59,888 bases of DNA from positions 1 through 59,888 of IMG/VR virus record IMGVR_UViG_3300025132_004452; one strand, 5' to 3'. Of this stretch, positions 8,587 through 16,286 are shown piece after piece. Made by a program: the position numbers and the translations under genes. The first letter of the stretch is position 1. Each line of letters opens with the position of its first letter. The DNA is from a virus (Duplodnaviria; Caudoviricetes). The notes under the pieces were generated by a model. It was not told where the DNA came from and ran no database searches. It was given only the letters and a program-made list of their open reading frames with translations.

Positions 8587-10218
8587 TTATGTTTTTAAAT
8601 CTATATAATATACAGTTCCGTTAATAGTTATCTTTAATTGTTTTGTTACAGAGGTTCCTGTACCTGTATTAACTATTGAATTTGTAATTCCGTTTAACTC
8701 TATTTCAGCAGTTGCTGCAGAAGCTCCTTTACCTATTGCTATACCATCAGTTGCAGCTGTTGCGCCACTACCTATAGCTACAGCATTGTTATCCTCTGCT
8801 CCAGTTGTAGTTGCTTGATAACCTATACAAACATTGTCTACCCCACTTGTTATTAATTTACCTGCTGTATATCCTAAGAAAGTGTTGTTGCCACCAGACG
8901 TTAATTCTCTACCTGACCTATAACCTGCCATAGTATTATTAGAGTATGTAGCTGTACCTGACGCGCCTTGACCAGAACCTGCACCTATAATAACGTTAGC
9001 ACCACCAGTAACATATTGTCCGGCTTGACCACCTATAGCAGTGTTTGCAGTACCAACCTGATTAAACTGTAAAGCATCTGAACCTACAGCAACAGTATAG
9101 TTGGAGTTAGTATTAGTTAATCCATCTAAAGAAAAGCCAGCGTTAGCACCTATTGCTACTATGTTGTTCAAAGTTTTACCAACAGAAGCTGCTCCAGCCT
9201 GATAACCTATTAAAGTGTTACTAGATCCATTAGTAGCATTTAATCCTGATTTAGAACCTAACGTAGTGTTGTATAATCCAGACTCATTAGAATATAAAGA
9301 CTTAAAACCAATAGTTGTGTTATCATCACCTGTATTGTTAGAAAATAATGCCTCTTGACCTATCGCTACATTTTCGTACCCTTCTGTTAGAGCTGCGCCA
9401 GATCTGTAACCTAATAATATATTACTATAACCTGTAGTAAGTGCATTACCACTACTATTACCTATTATTAAGTTACCTACTGGAGTACCTGATAAACCAG
9501 AAGGTATATTAATAAAATAAGCAGATGTACCTGATATTGTTACATCTGTTAATCCATTTAAGTTAGTTGCGCCACCTCCAGCTTGTGCTTGCCATGTTGG
9601 TGCACTTGAAGATCCTGTCGATGTAAGTACATAACCTACAGAGGAAGGATTAGCCACTACATTTAAAGCGCTAGTGCCATTACCTAAAATAACGCCATGG
9701 GTTGCAGCTGACACAAAACCAGTTCCACCTCTTGCAACACTTAAAGTACCTACCATAGAAGTAGCAGATAAATCAACTTGCATTTCTTGGCCATTGATTA
9801 TTAAACCACCATTAGCTAACAAGTCTGCTTGGATAACATCTGATGCTAATTGAGTGGCATCAATACCTGTGCCTGCTGTAAAGTTAGCTCCAGAAGGCGC
9901 TGACCAAGAACCATCAGCTCTTAAAAACGTAGATGTTTGTCCAGCTGCAGCAGAGCTAGGTACATGTCCTACATTAGCAGCTCCTGCAAAAGCGTTAGTT
10001 GTTAAAGTTACACCACCTGTAGGAGAACTCGCTACTAAAGCGTTACCTGTTGATGTTCCGCTAGCTATAGTAATACTAGACACACCAGCAGTAGAACCAC
10101 CTGGCAGACTAGAAACCTTAAGCTGCTTTGTTTTATTATTATCTGCAGAATCTGAAATTAATATTAAATCTTCATTTGCTGCCGCAGATTTTACTGGGTA
10201 TGAATATATTATTGCCAT
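8587..10218 (-). CDS. Tail fibre/spike protein with YadA-like beta-roll repeats
   Basis: Many N(T/V)xxG.xx(A/S)(G/L) repeats; GTLSVARGGTG motif; KITING..YYI C-terminus. Confidence 0.75.
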   Translation of the reverse strand: MAIIYSYPVKSAAANEDLILISDSADNNKTKQLKVSSLPGGSTAGVSSITIASGTSTGNALVASSPTGGVTLTTNAFAGAANVGHVPSSAAAGQTSTFLRADGSWSAPSGANFTAGTGIDATQLASDVIQADLLANGGLIINGQEMQVDLSATSMVGTLSVARGGTGFVSAATHGVILGNGTSALNVVANPSSVGYVLTSTGSSSAPTWQAQAGGGATNLNGLTDVTISGTSAYFINIPSGLSGTPVGNLIIGNSSGNALTTGYSNILLGYRSGAALTEGYENVAIGQEALFSNNTGDDNTTIGFKSLYSNESGLYNTTLGSKSGLNATNGSSNTLIGYQAGAASVGKTLNNIVAIGANAGFSLDGLTNTNSNYTVAVGSDALQFNQVGTANTAIGGQAGQYVTGGANVIIGAGSGQGASGTATYSNNTMAGYRSGRELTSGGNNTFLGYTAGKLITSGVDNVCIGYQATTTGAEDNNAVAIGSGATAATDGIAIGKGASAATAEIELNGITNSIVNTGTGTSVTKQLKITINGTVYYIDLKT

Positions 10219-10229
10219 TTAGTGTTTTA

Positions 10230-10790
10230 TTATGGTTTTCTCTGTGAATTAGTTTTATAGTTATCTTCAAGCTTTTTTTTCTTTTCTTCCAGTTCTATCG
10301 CTTTTCGAGCAGCTCTAGATGGTTTTCTGTTTTGAGATGGAGGAAGTTCACTGCTATTAGCTTTATCTACCATGTTACCCATCCTCATTTGTGCAGCATG
10401 CATAGGTTTTGCACCATGTTTCTTACCTGGAGTGTCTATATATAGCTTTTCACCTTTTTTACCTCCACCTGCTATAGCATATGATGTTCCTTTTGGTGAA
10501 TTTGGTGACTGTGTTGTCTCTACATACGGTCTTTCTGGTGAAACTCTCTTAATTTCTGATAATTCTCCTTCATTTACAGTTTCTGAGCTGATTTTAACGT
10601 TATTAGCATCTATATAGTCAGTACCATAGCCAGTATATTCCTTAGGTTTTCCAGATCTAATAGCTTTTGAACCTAAATTGTACATATCACCGCTACCTTT
10701 ATAAGATGTAGTCGATGCTTCTCTGTCTGCTATAGGAGAATACTCAGTATCTGCGTCTTTTACTCCGTTTGATTTCATTTTCTTTGCCAT
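10230..10790 (-). CDS. Low-complexity basic hypothetical protein
   Basis: ORF track; K/S/P/G-rich. Confidence 0.6.
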   Translation of the reverse strand: MAKKMKSNGVKDADTEYSPIADREASTTSYKGSGDMYNLGSKAIRSGKPKEYTGYGTDYIDANNVKISSETVNEGELSEIKRVSPERPYVETTQSPNSPKGTSYAIAGGGKKGEKLYIDTPGKKHGAKPMHAAQMRMGNMVDKANSSELPPSQNRKPSRAARKAIELEEKKKKLEDNYKTNSQRKP

Positions 10791-10799
10791 ATTCTAATT

Positions 10800-11018
10800 T
10801 TAACTCATCCAACTAGCTTTATAAGCTCCACGCCTCTTAGCTTCTCTTCTAGCTTTTCTATTCTTTTTCTTAAATCTCTTATAAGAACTGTCTTTTCTAT
10901 TACTTTTGTATGCTGATTTGTTTTTACACTTACTTCCTTTACCAGGTCCTAAACTTGTTTCAACACATTCTTCTTCTACTAAACTAAGCGCTGGTGATAA
11001 CCTCATTTTAAAAGCCAT
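10800..11018 (-). CDS. Very basic small protein
   Basis: MAFKMRLSPAL...; K/R-rich C-terminal half. Confidence 0.6.
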   Translation of the reverse strand: MAFKMRLSPALSLVEEECVETSLGPGKGSKCKNKSAYKSNRKDSSYKRFKKKNRKARREAKRRGAYKASWMS

Positions 11019-11036
11019 AATGCTAGTTTTAAAGTA

Positions 11037-11489
11037 TTATTTACCTTTTCTTCCACCCATATGTTTAGACATAGGACTTCCACTAGTCTTATCATGTCTC
11101 TCATTTTCTAAATAATGTAATCTAGCACTTGGTTTAAGATTCTTATTGTAAGCCATCTTGTTGTCATAAGCACTACCACTCATTTGACCTGGAGAAGTTG
11201 CAGAACTCTTATTAGAAACGCTAACATAGTCAGTACCAGACTTACCTGTTATTTTCTTTTTACCACCCATTGCATCGCTGATTTGTTTTGTTGATATATC
11301 TCCACTTGAAAAAGCTCTAGCAAAGTTTTGTTCTGGAGTTGATTTTGCTGATTTTCCTTTACCAATCATTTTACTTGGAGGTAATTTTTTCTTGTACTTT
11401 TTTTTATGTTCTTCTTTAGATTGACTATAATCAAATGGTTTATCTGATTTAATAGCCACTTTTTTAGGCTTTATATTCATCTTTGGCAT
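11037..11489 (-). CDS. Lys-rich hypothetical protein, first gene of the leftward arm
   Basis: ORF track; C-terminal SARLHYLEN module. Confidence 0.65.
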   Translation of the reverse strand: MPKMNIKPKKVAIKSDKPFDYSQSKEEHKKKYKKKLPPSKMIGKGKSAKSTPEQNFARAFSSGDISTKQISDAMGGKKKITGKSGTDYVSVSNKSSATSPGQMSGSAYDNKMAYNKNLKPSARLHYLENERHDKTSGSPMSKHMGGRKGK

Positions 11490-11592
11490 AATTATGTTTT
11501 TTAATGTTTTTAATATTTTAATTCTTTATACGTATATTAATAGCTATTTACATATAAAATAACATATTTACATTATATAACTATATACCAAA

Positions 11593-11637
11593 TGTGACAA
11601 TAGCCCCTTACTCTATACCTAAGTACCTAATGTCACA
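11593..11637 (+). repeat. 45-bp TGTGACA...TGTCACA element, copy 1
   Basis: TGTGACAATAGCCCCTTACTCTATACCTAAGTACCTAATGTCACA. Confidence 0.85.
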
Positions 11638-11836
11638 CTTTTAAAAAAAGTATAAGATATATAGAAGTTAGGGGTTGCCCCCCTCCCTCCCACTTTTTTT
11701 TTCAAAATAAAATTGATTTTAATTTTTAGGGCCCTACCCTTTTTCATTTCGTTTTCATTTCATTTTTCAATTTCTTTTTCATACGATTTTATATTTCATT
11801 ATCATTTGCCAACTAACTTTCTAAATGTTTTTAAGT

Positions 11837-11868
11837 TACAAGCTTATTACGATGCACATTAGATAATA
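11837..11868 (+). promoter_or_regulatory. Early promoter-like repeat 1 (degenerate)
   Basis: TACAAGCTTATTACGA-N8-AGATAATA. Confidence 0.75.
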
Positions 11869-11894
11869 TAAATATAATTAATAACTTAAACAAT

Positions 11895-12059
11895 ATGAAT
11901 AACTTCAACTATCAATTCGAAATAATATTACCTGACTCATCAACTACATATCAATACAATGACTCACCTCATCTTACTCAAGACTTTCTTGATTACCTCA
12001 TCGACATTGATATTAACATCTACGACTGTATATATACTGTCACTGAAGTTACAAACTAA
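11895..12059 (+). CDS. First early gene; acidic 54-aa protein with no Lys/Arg
   Basis: MNNFNYQFEIILPDSSTTYQYNDSPHLTQDFLDYLIDIDINIYDCIYTVTEVTN; stop lies inside repeat 2. Confidence 0.6.
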   Translation: MNNFNYQFEIILPDSSTTYQYNDSPHLTQDFLDYLIDIDINIYDCIYTVTEVTN

Positions 12060-12081
12060 ACACAACTACAATAAGATAATA
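12050..12081 (+). promoter_or_regulatory. Early promoter-like repeat 2
   Basis: TACAAACTAAACACAA-N8-AGATAATA. Confidence 0.8.
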
Positions 12082-12110
12082 TAAATATAATAACTAAATA
12101 AATAATAACT

Positions 12111-12347
12111 ATGAAAACTAATAATATAACTACTAAAAGATTTGTAATCAGAAAATCACTAATAGGTACTAACTCAGTAATTACTTTTACTAACAAAAAA
12201 GATATTACATTCACTTATGATCATGATGAAATATACTCAACATTTCAAGAAAAGTTTGAATCAATGAAGTGTTTTCAAGAGTACAAGTCGTATACTAATT
12301 CAAATACTGTTCCAGCTTTTGCAAGAAACTTAAGTGAAATATCTTAA
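12111..12347 (+). CDS. Early hypothetical protein
   Basis: ORF track; follows repeat 2. Confidence 0.75.
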   Translation: MKTNNITTKRFVIRKSLIGTNSVITFTNKKDITFTYDHDEIYSTFQEKFESMKCFQEYKSYTNSNTVPAFARNLSEIS

Positions 12348-12355
12348 AACAACAG

Positions 12356-12402
12356 TATGACAATAGGGTGTTACTCTATACTATTAACTACCTAATGTCA
12401 CA
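12356..12402 (+). repeat. TGACA...TGTCACA element, copy 2 (47 bp)
   Basis: TATGACAATAGGGTGTTACTCTATACTATTAACTACCTAATGTCACA. Confidence 0.85.
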
Positions 12403-12503
12403 CTATGATAATACTTATTCATGTAAGTTATTCAGAGAATAAGTGTAACAACTAATAACTAAAAATAATAAATAAATAAACTATCACCTTTAAATTAAAT
12501 AAA

Positions 12504-12587
12504 ATGACTAATAAATTCCAAATAAATATAATAATAATACAAGTAGTAACAATACTAACTTTAACTATAATACTAATGTTATCTTAA
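12504..12587 (+). CDS. 27-aa single-TM peptide
   Basis: MTNKFQINIIIIQVVTILTLTIILMLS with an A-rich upstream context. Confidence 0.45.
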   Translation: MTNKFQINIIIIQVVTILTLTIILMLS

Positions 12588-12588
12588 T

Positions 12589-12620
12589 TACAAACTAAAC
12601 ACAATTACTTATAGATAATA
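12589..12620 (+). promoter_or_regulatory. Early promoter-like repeat 3
   Basis: TACAAACTAAACACAA-N8-AGATAATA. Confidence 0.8.
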
Positions 12621-12717
12621 TAATAAACAATAACAAAAGTCTTAGTTGATGGTAATACTTTAGAGACTATAAATATAATGAATATATTACTCAGCACAAA
12701 CAATAAAATTAAATAAT

Positions 12718-12954
12718 ATGAAAAAAGTAATATTAAGTATAGCAGCACTAGGCGTAATGTCTTTTACAACAAATCAATTATACTACGGAACTCAACTGGT
12801 ATGGGCAATAAGTAACTTAAATGACATGCAAGAGTATATTCATGAAGATATGGTCAATGGTAAGATAGATGAAGCAACTGCTGAAAACTATAATGAACTA
12901 CTTGACGAGACTCAAAGCTTTATACAAGATTTTTATGAAAAGCAATGTCGTTAA
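12718..12954 (+). CDS. Early protein with signal peptide
   Basis: MKKVILSIAALGVMSFT signal-like N-terminus; acidic helical body. Confidence 0.7.
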   Translation: MKKVILSIAALGVMSFTTNQLYYGTQLVWAISNLNDMQEYIHEDMVNGKIDEATAENYNELLDETQSFIQDFYEKQCR

Positions 12955-12986
12955 TACAAACTAAATACAATAAGCAATAGATAATA
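12955..12986 (+). promoter_or_regulatory. Early promoter-like repeat 4
   Basis: TACAAACTAAATACAA-N8-AGATAATA; ATG 6 nt after GATAAT. Confidence 0.8.
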
Positions 12987-12991
12987 CAAAT

Positions 12992-13249
12992 ATGAAAACA
13001 ATAACAACAAATAACTTAACAGCAAATATCTATCCAACAGGTGAAATTAAACTATCAGTTTATAAAACAACTAAATCTCCTTATGGTTGGTCACCTAGAA
13101 AACTGTTGTCAAGTTTTGTTGCTGTTGAACTAAAAGACTTTACATACTGGTATGTATGTAGCAAGGTAGCTGAGGTGTATGCTTCCTTTTCAAACAAAGA
13201 AATACACAATTTATTACAAAAAATACAAGTACATAATGATACAAAGTAA
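12992..13249 (+). CDS. Early hypothetical protein
   Basis: ORF track. Confidence 0.7.
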   Translation: MKTITTNNLTANIYPTGEIKLSVYKTTKSPYGWSPRKLLSSFVAVELKDFTYWYVCSKVAEVYASFSNKEIHNLLQKIQVHNDTK

Positions 13250-13388
13250 AATCAAACAGTTGCAAAACCTGTACTCGTGGAATCAGTTCTATCAAGATAG
13301 AAAGATGAAGCCAGAGATGAAAAAGTGCCAAAGTGATATTCACACGCTTAAAAATGTGATTAATGAATTAAAGAGTAAAAAGAAATGA
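13236..13388 (+). CDS. Early hypothetical protein
   Basis: Likely start ATG 13236 (MIQSKIKQL). Confidence 0.6.
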   Translation: MIQSKIKQLQNLYSWNQFYQDRKMKPEMKKCQSDIHTLKNVINELKSKKK

Positions 13389-13669
13389 AAGATACTAATG
13401 CAATAGAAAAAGCTATTATCGATAAAAGTAAACAAGAGATAGCTATAATAGTGGCAGACTTTATTACTAACGTTAATACTAAGCTTAGAAACAAGTACAA
13501 TGCATGTAGCTTTTACTACATCAAGCATCCTAATAGTGAACTAAAACAAATGTTTTCAGGTGATAACGAGTTAATGAAAGCATTATGTGCTACGTTAGAA
13601 GAAGGTCATATGAAAGCTATGGTGAATAAAAAATCAAAAGAATTACTAAACAAACTAGAACTAATATGA
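13385..13669 (+). CDS. Early hypothetical protein
   Basis: ORF track; ATGA overlap with the next gene. Confidence 0.7.
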   Translation: MKDTNAIEKAIIDKSKQEIAIIVADFITNVNTKLRNKYNACSFYYIKHPNSELKQMFSGDNELMKALCATLEEGHMKAMVNKKSKELLNKLELI

Positions 13670-13863
13670 AAGAAATACAAGCAATAGAGGCTATAACAAA
13701 AGATATTCTAGCCGGATACTATGGTACTAAACAAAATGCAGGTACTGAAACACAGAAATGGCAATATGCTCACAACCAAGCTAAAAAAATATATAGTGGT
13801 GAATTACTAATAGATCCTGATCATACTTGGTTTGATGAAGGTAAACAACACGAAGCTATATGA
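13666..13863 (+). CDS. Early hypothetical protein
   Basis: ORF track; ATGA overlaps at both ends. Confidence 0.7.
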   Translation: MKEIQAIEAITKDILAGYYGTKQNAGTETQKWQYAHNQAKKIYSGELLIDPDHTWFDEGKQHEAI

Positions 13864-14012
13864 GTGATTTTAGAACAATACAAGACTATATGTCTTATGA
13901 AAAAGAAACTGCAATACCAAAACTAAGGTGGTTACAAGTAAATGAATTAGCAATAAAGTATCCAAACAATCAAGAGTTTGGTGCAGAAGTAAGAAAATTA
14001 ATTAACAAATAA
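13860..14012 (+). CDS. Early 50-aa protein (YPNN.EFG.EVR)
   Basis: MSDFRTIQ...KYPNNQEFGAEVRKLINK; ATGA overlap. Confidence 0.65.
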   Translation: MSDFRTIQDYMSYEKETAIPKLRWLQVNELAIKYPNNQEFGAEVRKLINK

Positions 14013-14044
14013 TACAAACTAAATACAAACACTTAAAGATAATA
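14013..14044 (+). promoter_or_regulatory. Early promoter-like repeat 5
   Basis: TACAAACTAAATACAA-N8-AGATAATA. Confidence 0.8.
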
Positions 14045-14051
14045 TAAATAT

Positions 14052-14195
14052 ATGAAAACAATTAAATTTTATCCCAGTAACAGGTCAGTTATAAAACTAG
14101 ACGGCAAGAAAGTAAAAGGCTACACTATAGATAGCATACCAGATGACATTACATCTTGGTTTAATTACAAAGGTTTAACTTTTGTAGTCAACTAA
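14052..14195 (+). CDS. Early 47-aa protein
   Basis: MKTIKFYPSNRSVIKLDGKKVKGY...WFNYKGLTFVVN, directly after repeat 5. Confidence 0.65.
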   Translation: MKTIKFYPSNRSVIKLDGKKVKGYTIDSIPDDITSWFNYKGLTFVVN

Positions 14196-14201
14196 AAGCA
14201 A

Positions 14202-14313
14202 ACTACTGCTATACGTAAAGGTATGCGGTAGGACTAAGTGACGGCTTAGTATGGACAGCGAGGTCAGGTTACACTGTTCTAGACATGAGAGGTTCGAATC
14301 CTCTCTCTCGCTC
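14202..14313 (+). ncRNA. Structured RNA: two hairpins plus a truncated tRNA-like domain
   Basis: Acceptor-like AGCGAGG(14257)/TCTCGCT(14312); T-arm AGAGG-TTCGAAT-CCTCT; only 23 nt between them. Confidence 0.55.
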
Positions 14314-14314
14314 T

Positions 14315-14530
14315 ATGAATAATAAATGTAAATGTGGAAACGAAATCCACCCAGTAAGAATTAAATACGGTTATAGTAACTGTGTAGCATGTTCTACAGT
14401 AGAAAAGTACGGTTGTGCACCAGTTATTAACCACAAAACAGGCAATAGCATAGAAATATTGTCTAGAGCAGATGCAGAGCGCATCGCTAAACTAACACGT
14501 CGTAAAGGTTACGGCACAATGCTAAGATAA
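14315..14530 (+). CDS. C4 zinc-finger protein (DksA/TraR-like finger)
   Basis: CKCGNEIHPVRI...CVAC; likely start ATG 14315. Confidence 0.6.
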   Translation: MNNKCKCGNEIHPVRIKYGYSNCVACSTVEKYGCAPVINHKTGNSIEILSRADAERIAKLTRRKGYGTMLR

Positions 14531-14531
14531 T

Positions 14532-14885
14532 ATGACAAAAGCAAGAACAATAAACGAAATAAGACAAACTAAAGAGTATTACACAGGTAACAGCAAGAAT
14601 CAAGATCAAGAAGCCACTAAACAAATGGTAGAGATAGATCGTCAAGAGTGTGAACTTGATCCTGTTGAAGAAGCTAAAACACTAATAGTAGACAAGATAA
14701 CTAAACACTTTCATGATGTAATGTTTGAAATGGTTAACAAAGAAATGAGTAAGTGCTACTTGTTTCAATCACAAAACTATCTAACTGAAGCGGGTTATGA
14801 GCTATTTGAAGATGAATACTTTGAATTCTACCACAATCATCACGGTGACATTATGTATGAAGTAATGCAAAATATTACAAACTAA
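14532..14885 (+). CDS. Acidic early protein
   Basis: ORF track; stop lies inside repeat 6. Confidence 0.7.
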   Translation: MTKARTINEIRQTKEYYTGNSKNQDQEATKQMVEIDRQECELDPVEEAKTLIVDKITKHFHDVMFEMVNKEMSKCYLFQSQNYLTEAGYELFEDEYFEFYHNHHGDIMYEVMQNITN

Positions 14886-14907
14886 ATACGATTACTAACA
14901 GATAATA
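14876..14907 (+). promoter_or_regulatory. Early promoter-like repeat 6
   Basis: TACAAACTAAATACGA-N8-AGATAATA; ATG 6 nt after GATAAT. Confidence 0.8.
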
Positions 14908-14912
14908 TATAT

Positions 14913-15146
14913 ATGAAAACATTATATGACAAACTTAAACCAGAAATTAAAGCTAAACTCGAAGCTAACTACGCTGAAGGCTATGTTACAAGCATCGATA
15001 TTATCTTTAAACAATTAAAAACCAACAATAGATATAGTGCATTAACTATTGACGACGTTAAAACTTTAAATACATTTAGCGATGTATCTTTAGTTGAAAC
15101 TACTCAACTAGACTTAATGTATGGTGATCATCTATTTAATAACTAA
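14913..15146 (+). CDS. Early hypothetical protein
   Basis: ORF track. Confidence 0.7.
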   Translation: MKTLYDKLKPEIKAKLEANYAEGYVTSIDIIFKQLKTNNRYSALTIDDVKTLNTFSDVSLVETTQLDLMYGDHLFNN

Positions 15147-15149
15147 ACA

Positions 15150-15512
15150 ATGACAGAAAAACAATATGAAAAAGCATTACAAGCACTAGGTGCTGAGAAT
15201 GTAACTACAGAAAGGCAAAGAAAAAACGGCACTACAGCTTTCAAGCTACCAACAGGTCAAGTAGTATCAGAGCATAAATCAGGCTATATTAGAAGATACT
15301 TATACAAAGAAACAAAAGCTAACAGAGGTTACTTCGGTGACAGTACGTGTTATCAGCTAAACCCTACTTACGATATACCTCACAAAGCTATAGGCCAAAA
15401 CGGTCAAAAATATGAAAGTACTAGCAAAGCTAGAATGAGGATATGGTCTAGAAAGTCAAGATTAAAAGCATTATTTTTATACACTACTAAAAAATTAAAT
15501 TATGAGCTATAA
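15150..15512 (+). CDS. Basic early hypothetical protein
   Basis: ORF track. Confidence 0.7.
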   Translation: MTEKQYEKALQALGAENVTTERQRKNGTTAFKLPTGQVVSEHKSGYIRRYLYKETKANRGYFGDSTCYQLNPTYDIPHKAIGQNGQKYESTSKARMRIWSRKSRLKALFLYTTKKLNYEL

Positions 15513-15957
15513 AATACCATTACAAGGTGCAATGCCTGAAGAAAGAATGATTGAACTAGTTAAAAATCATTTAGAAATATCAGTGTCTCAAGATGTATCA
15601 GATTTCGATAATGTAGATTGTCACATATACAGTGAATCAACTGCAGATGGTTATGACGTATACATGTGTACCAACAATCCTAATCAACCTAGTATTTGTG
15701 AAGACGTATACTATTACGACAATGACCTATGTGATGCTTTTCAAGAGCAAATAAGGTATGGTGACAGAACATTTTACGTATGTGATAGTATATACGAAGA
15801 CTGTTACTTTGATGATACACTGTTAGAACTATTTTCAGAATACGTTGAAGACATTGTAGAAAATGACGAACTAGATATTACAATAGAAGAAATTAATTAT
15901 TTAAAGAAAGAATATGAGCTCGAAAACGAAGAAGCCGACAGCACCGAAGTGGTTTAA
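15502..15957 (+). CDS. Highly acidic protein (possible nucleic-acid mimic)
   Basis: Strongly D/E- and Tyr-rich. Confidence 0.65.
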   Translation: MSYKIPLQGAMPEERMIELVKNHLEISVSQDVSDFDNVDCHIYSESTADGYDVYMCTNNPNQPSICEDVYYYDNDLCDAFQEQIRYGDRTFYVCDSIYEDCYFDDTLLELFSEYVEDIVENDELDITIEEINYLKKEYELENEEADSTEVV

Positions 15958-16183
15958 AGGCATGATATATACAAAAGGTGGTCAAGTTACAAACCCTTTT
16001 TCCGGTGAGTTCTATGAGCTAACTGGCTTAGAACTAAGCGTTTACGACTTTATTATAGGTTGTCAAATGGTTTTTGATAACGCACCAAGCACAATGACTA
16101 AAAAAAGAATTAACGAATTTGATAAAGCATTAAACTGGTTTAGGACTAATAATCCTCAAGCTTACTACGTGTTGTTAGATTAG
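15914..16183 (+). CDS. Hypothetical protein
   Basis: ORF track; VTNPFSGE...LS.YD...A..WF....P.AY..LLD. Confidence 0.7.
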   Translation: MSSKTKKPTAPKWFKGMIYTKGGQVTNPFSGEFYELTGLELSVYDFIIGCQMVFDNAPSTMTKKRINEFDKALNWFRTNNPQAYYVLLD

Positions 16184-16198
16184 TAGTAGTTTAGTTAT

Positions 16199-16239
16199 CC
16201 ACGTTCGCTCGTACTGTAAATAGTACGGGCTTTTCGTGG
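16199..16239 (+). terminator. GC-rich hairpin, probable terminator or processing stem
   Basis: CCACG-TTC-GCTCGTACT-GTAAAT-AGTACGGGC-TTTT-CGTGG. Confidence 0.55.
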
Positions 16240-16249
16240 TATAACATAT

Positions 16250-16281
16250 TACAAACTAAATACGAACACTAATAGATAATA
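16250..16281 (+). promoter_or_regulatory. Early promoter-like repeat 7
   Basis: TACAAACTAAATACGA-N8-AGATAATA; ATG 6 nt after GATAAT. Confidence 0.8.
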
Positions 16282-16286
16282 TTAAC

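Larger units (their letters stand above)
11490..11894. other. Divergent non-coding control region (candidate genome terminus/origin)
   Basis: Coding strand switches here; G/C runs (11670-11691), AGGGCCCT palindrome (11728-11735), TTTCA(T) repeats, 45-bp element. Confidence 0.6.

Noticed and set aside
658-10218. Diversity-generating retroelement or invertase switching of tail fibres
   Set aside because: No reverse transcriptase, recombinase or template/variable repeat pair seen.
110-11115. Numerous + strand ORFs in the ORF track (also within 28037-58971), and - strand ORFs inside the early arm
   Set aside because: Antisense shadows of clear opposite-strand genes, with no recognisable motifs.
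14257-14313. Canonical tRNA gene
   Set aside because: Too short, with no full D or anticodon arm; reported as tRNA-like only.
14285-14314. Upstream ATG start of the zinc-finger ORF (MRGSNPLSRS)
   Set aside because: It is a translation of the T-arm sequence; ATG 14315 is more plausible.
11837-16281. 32-bp repeats as a CRISPR array
   Set aside because: Spacing is irregular (hundreds to over a thousand bp), repeats are separated by ORFs, each has an internal variable N8, and no cas genes are seen.
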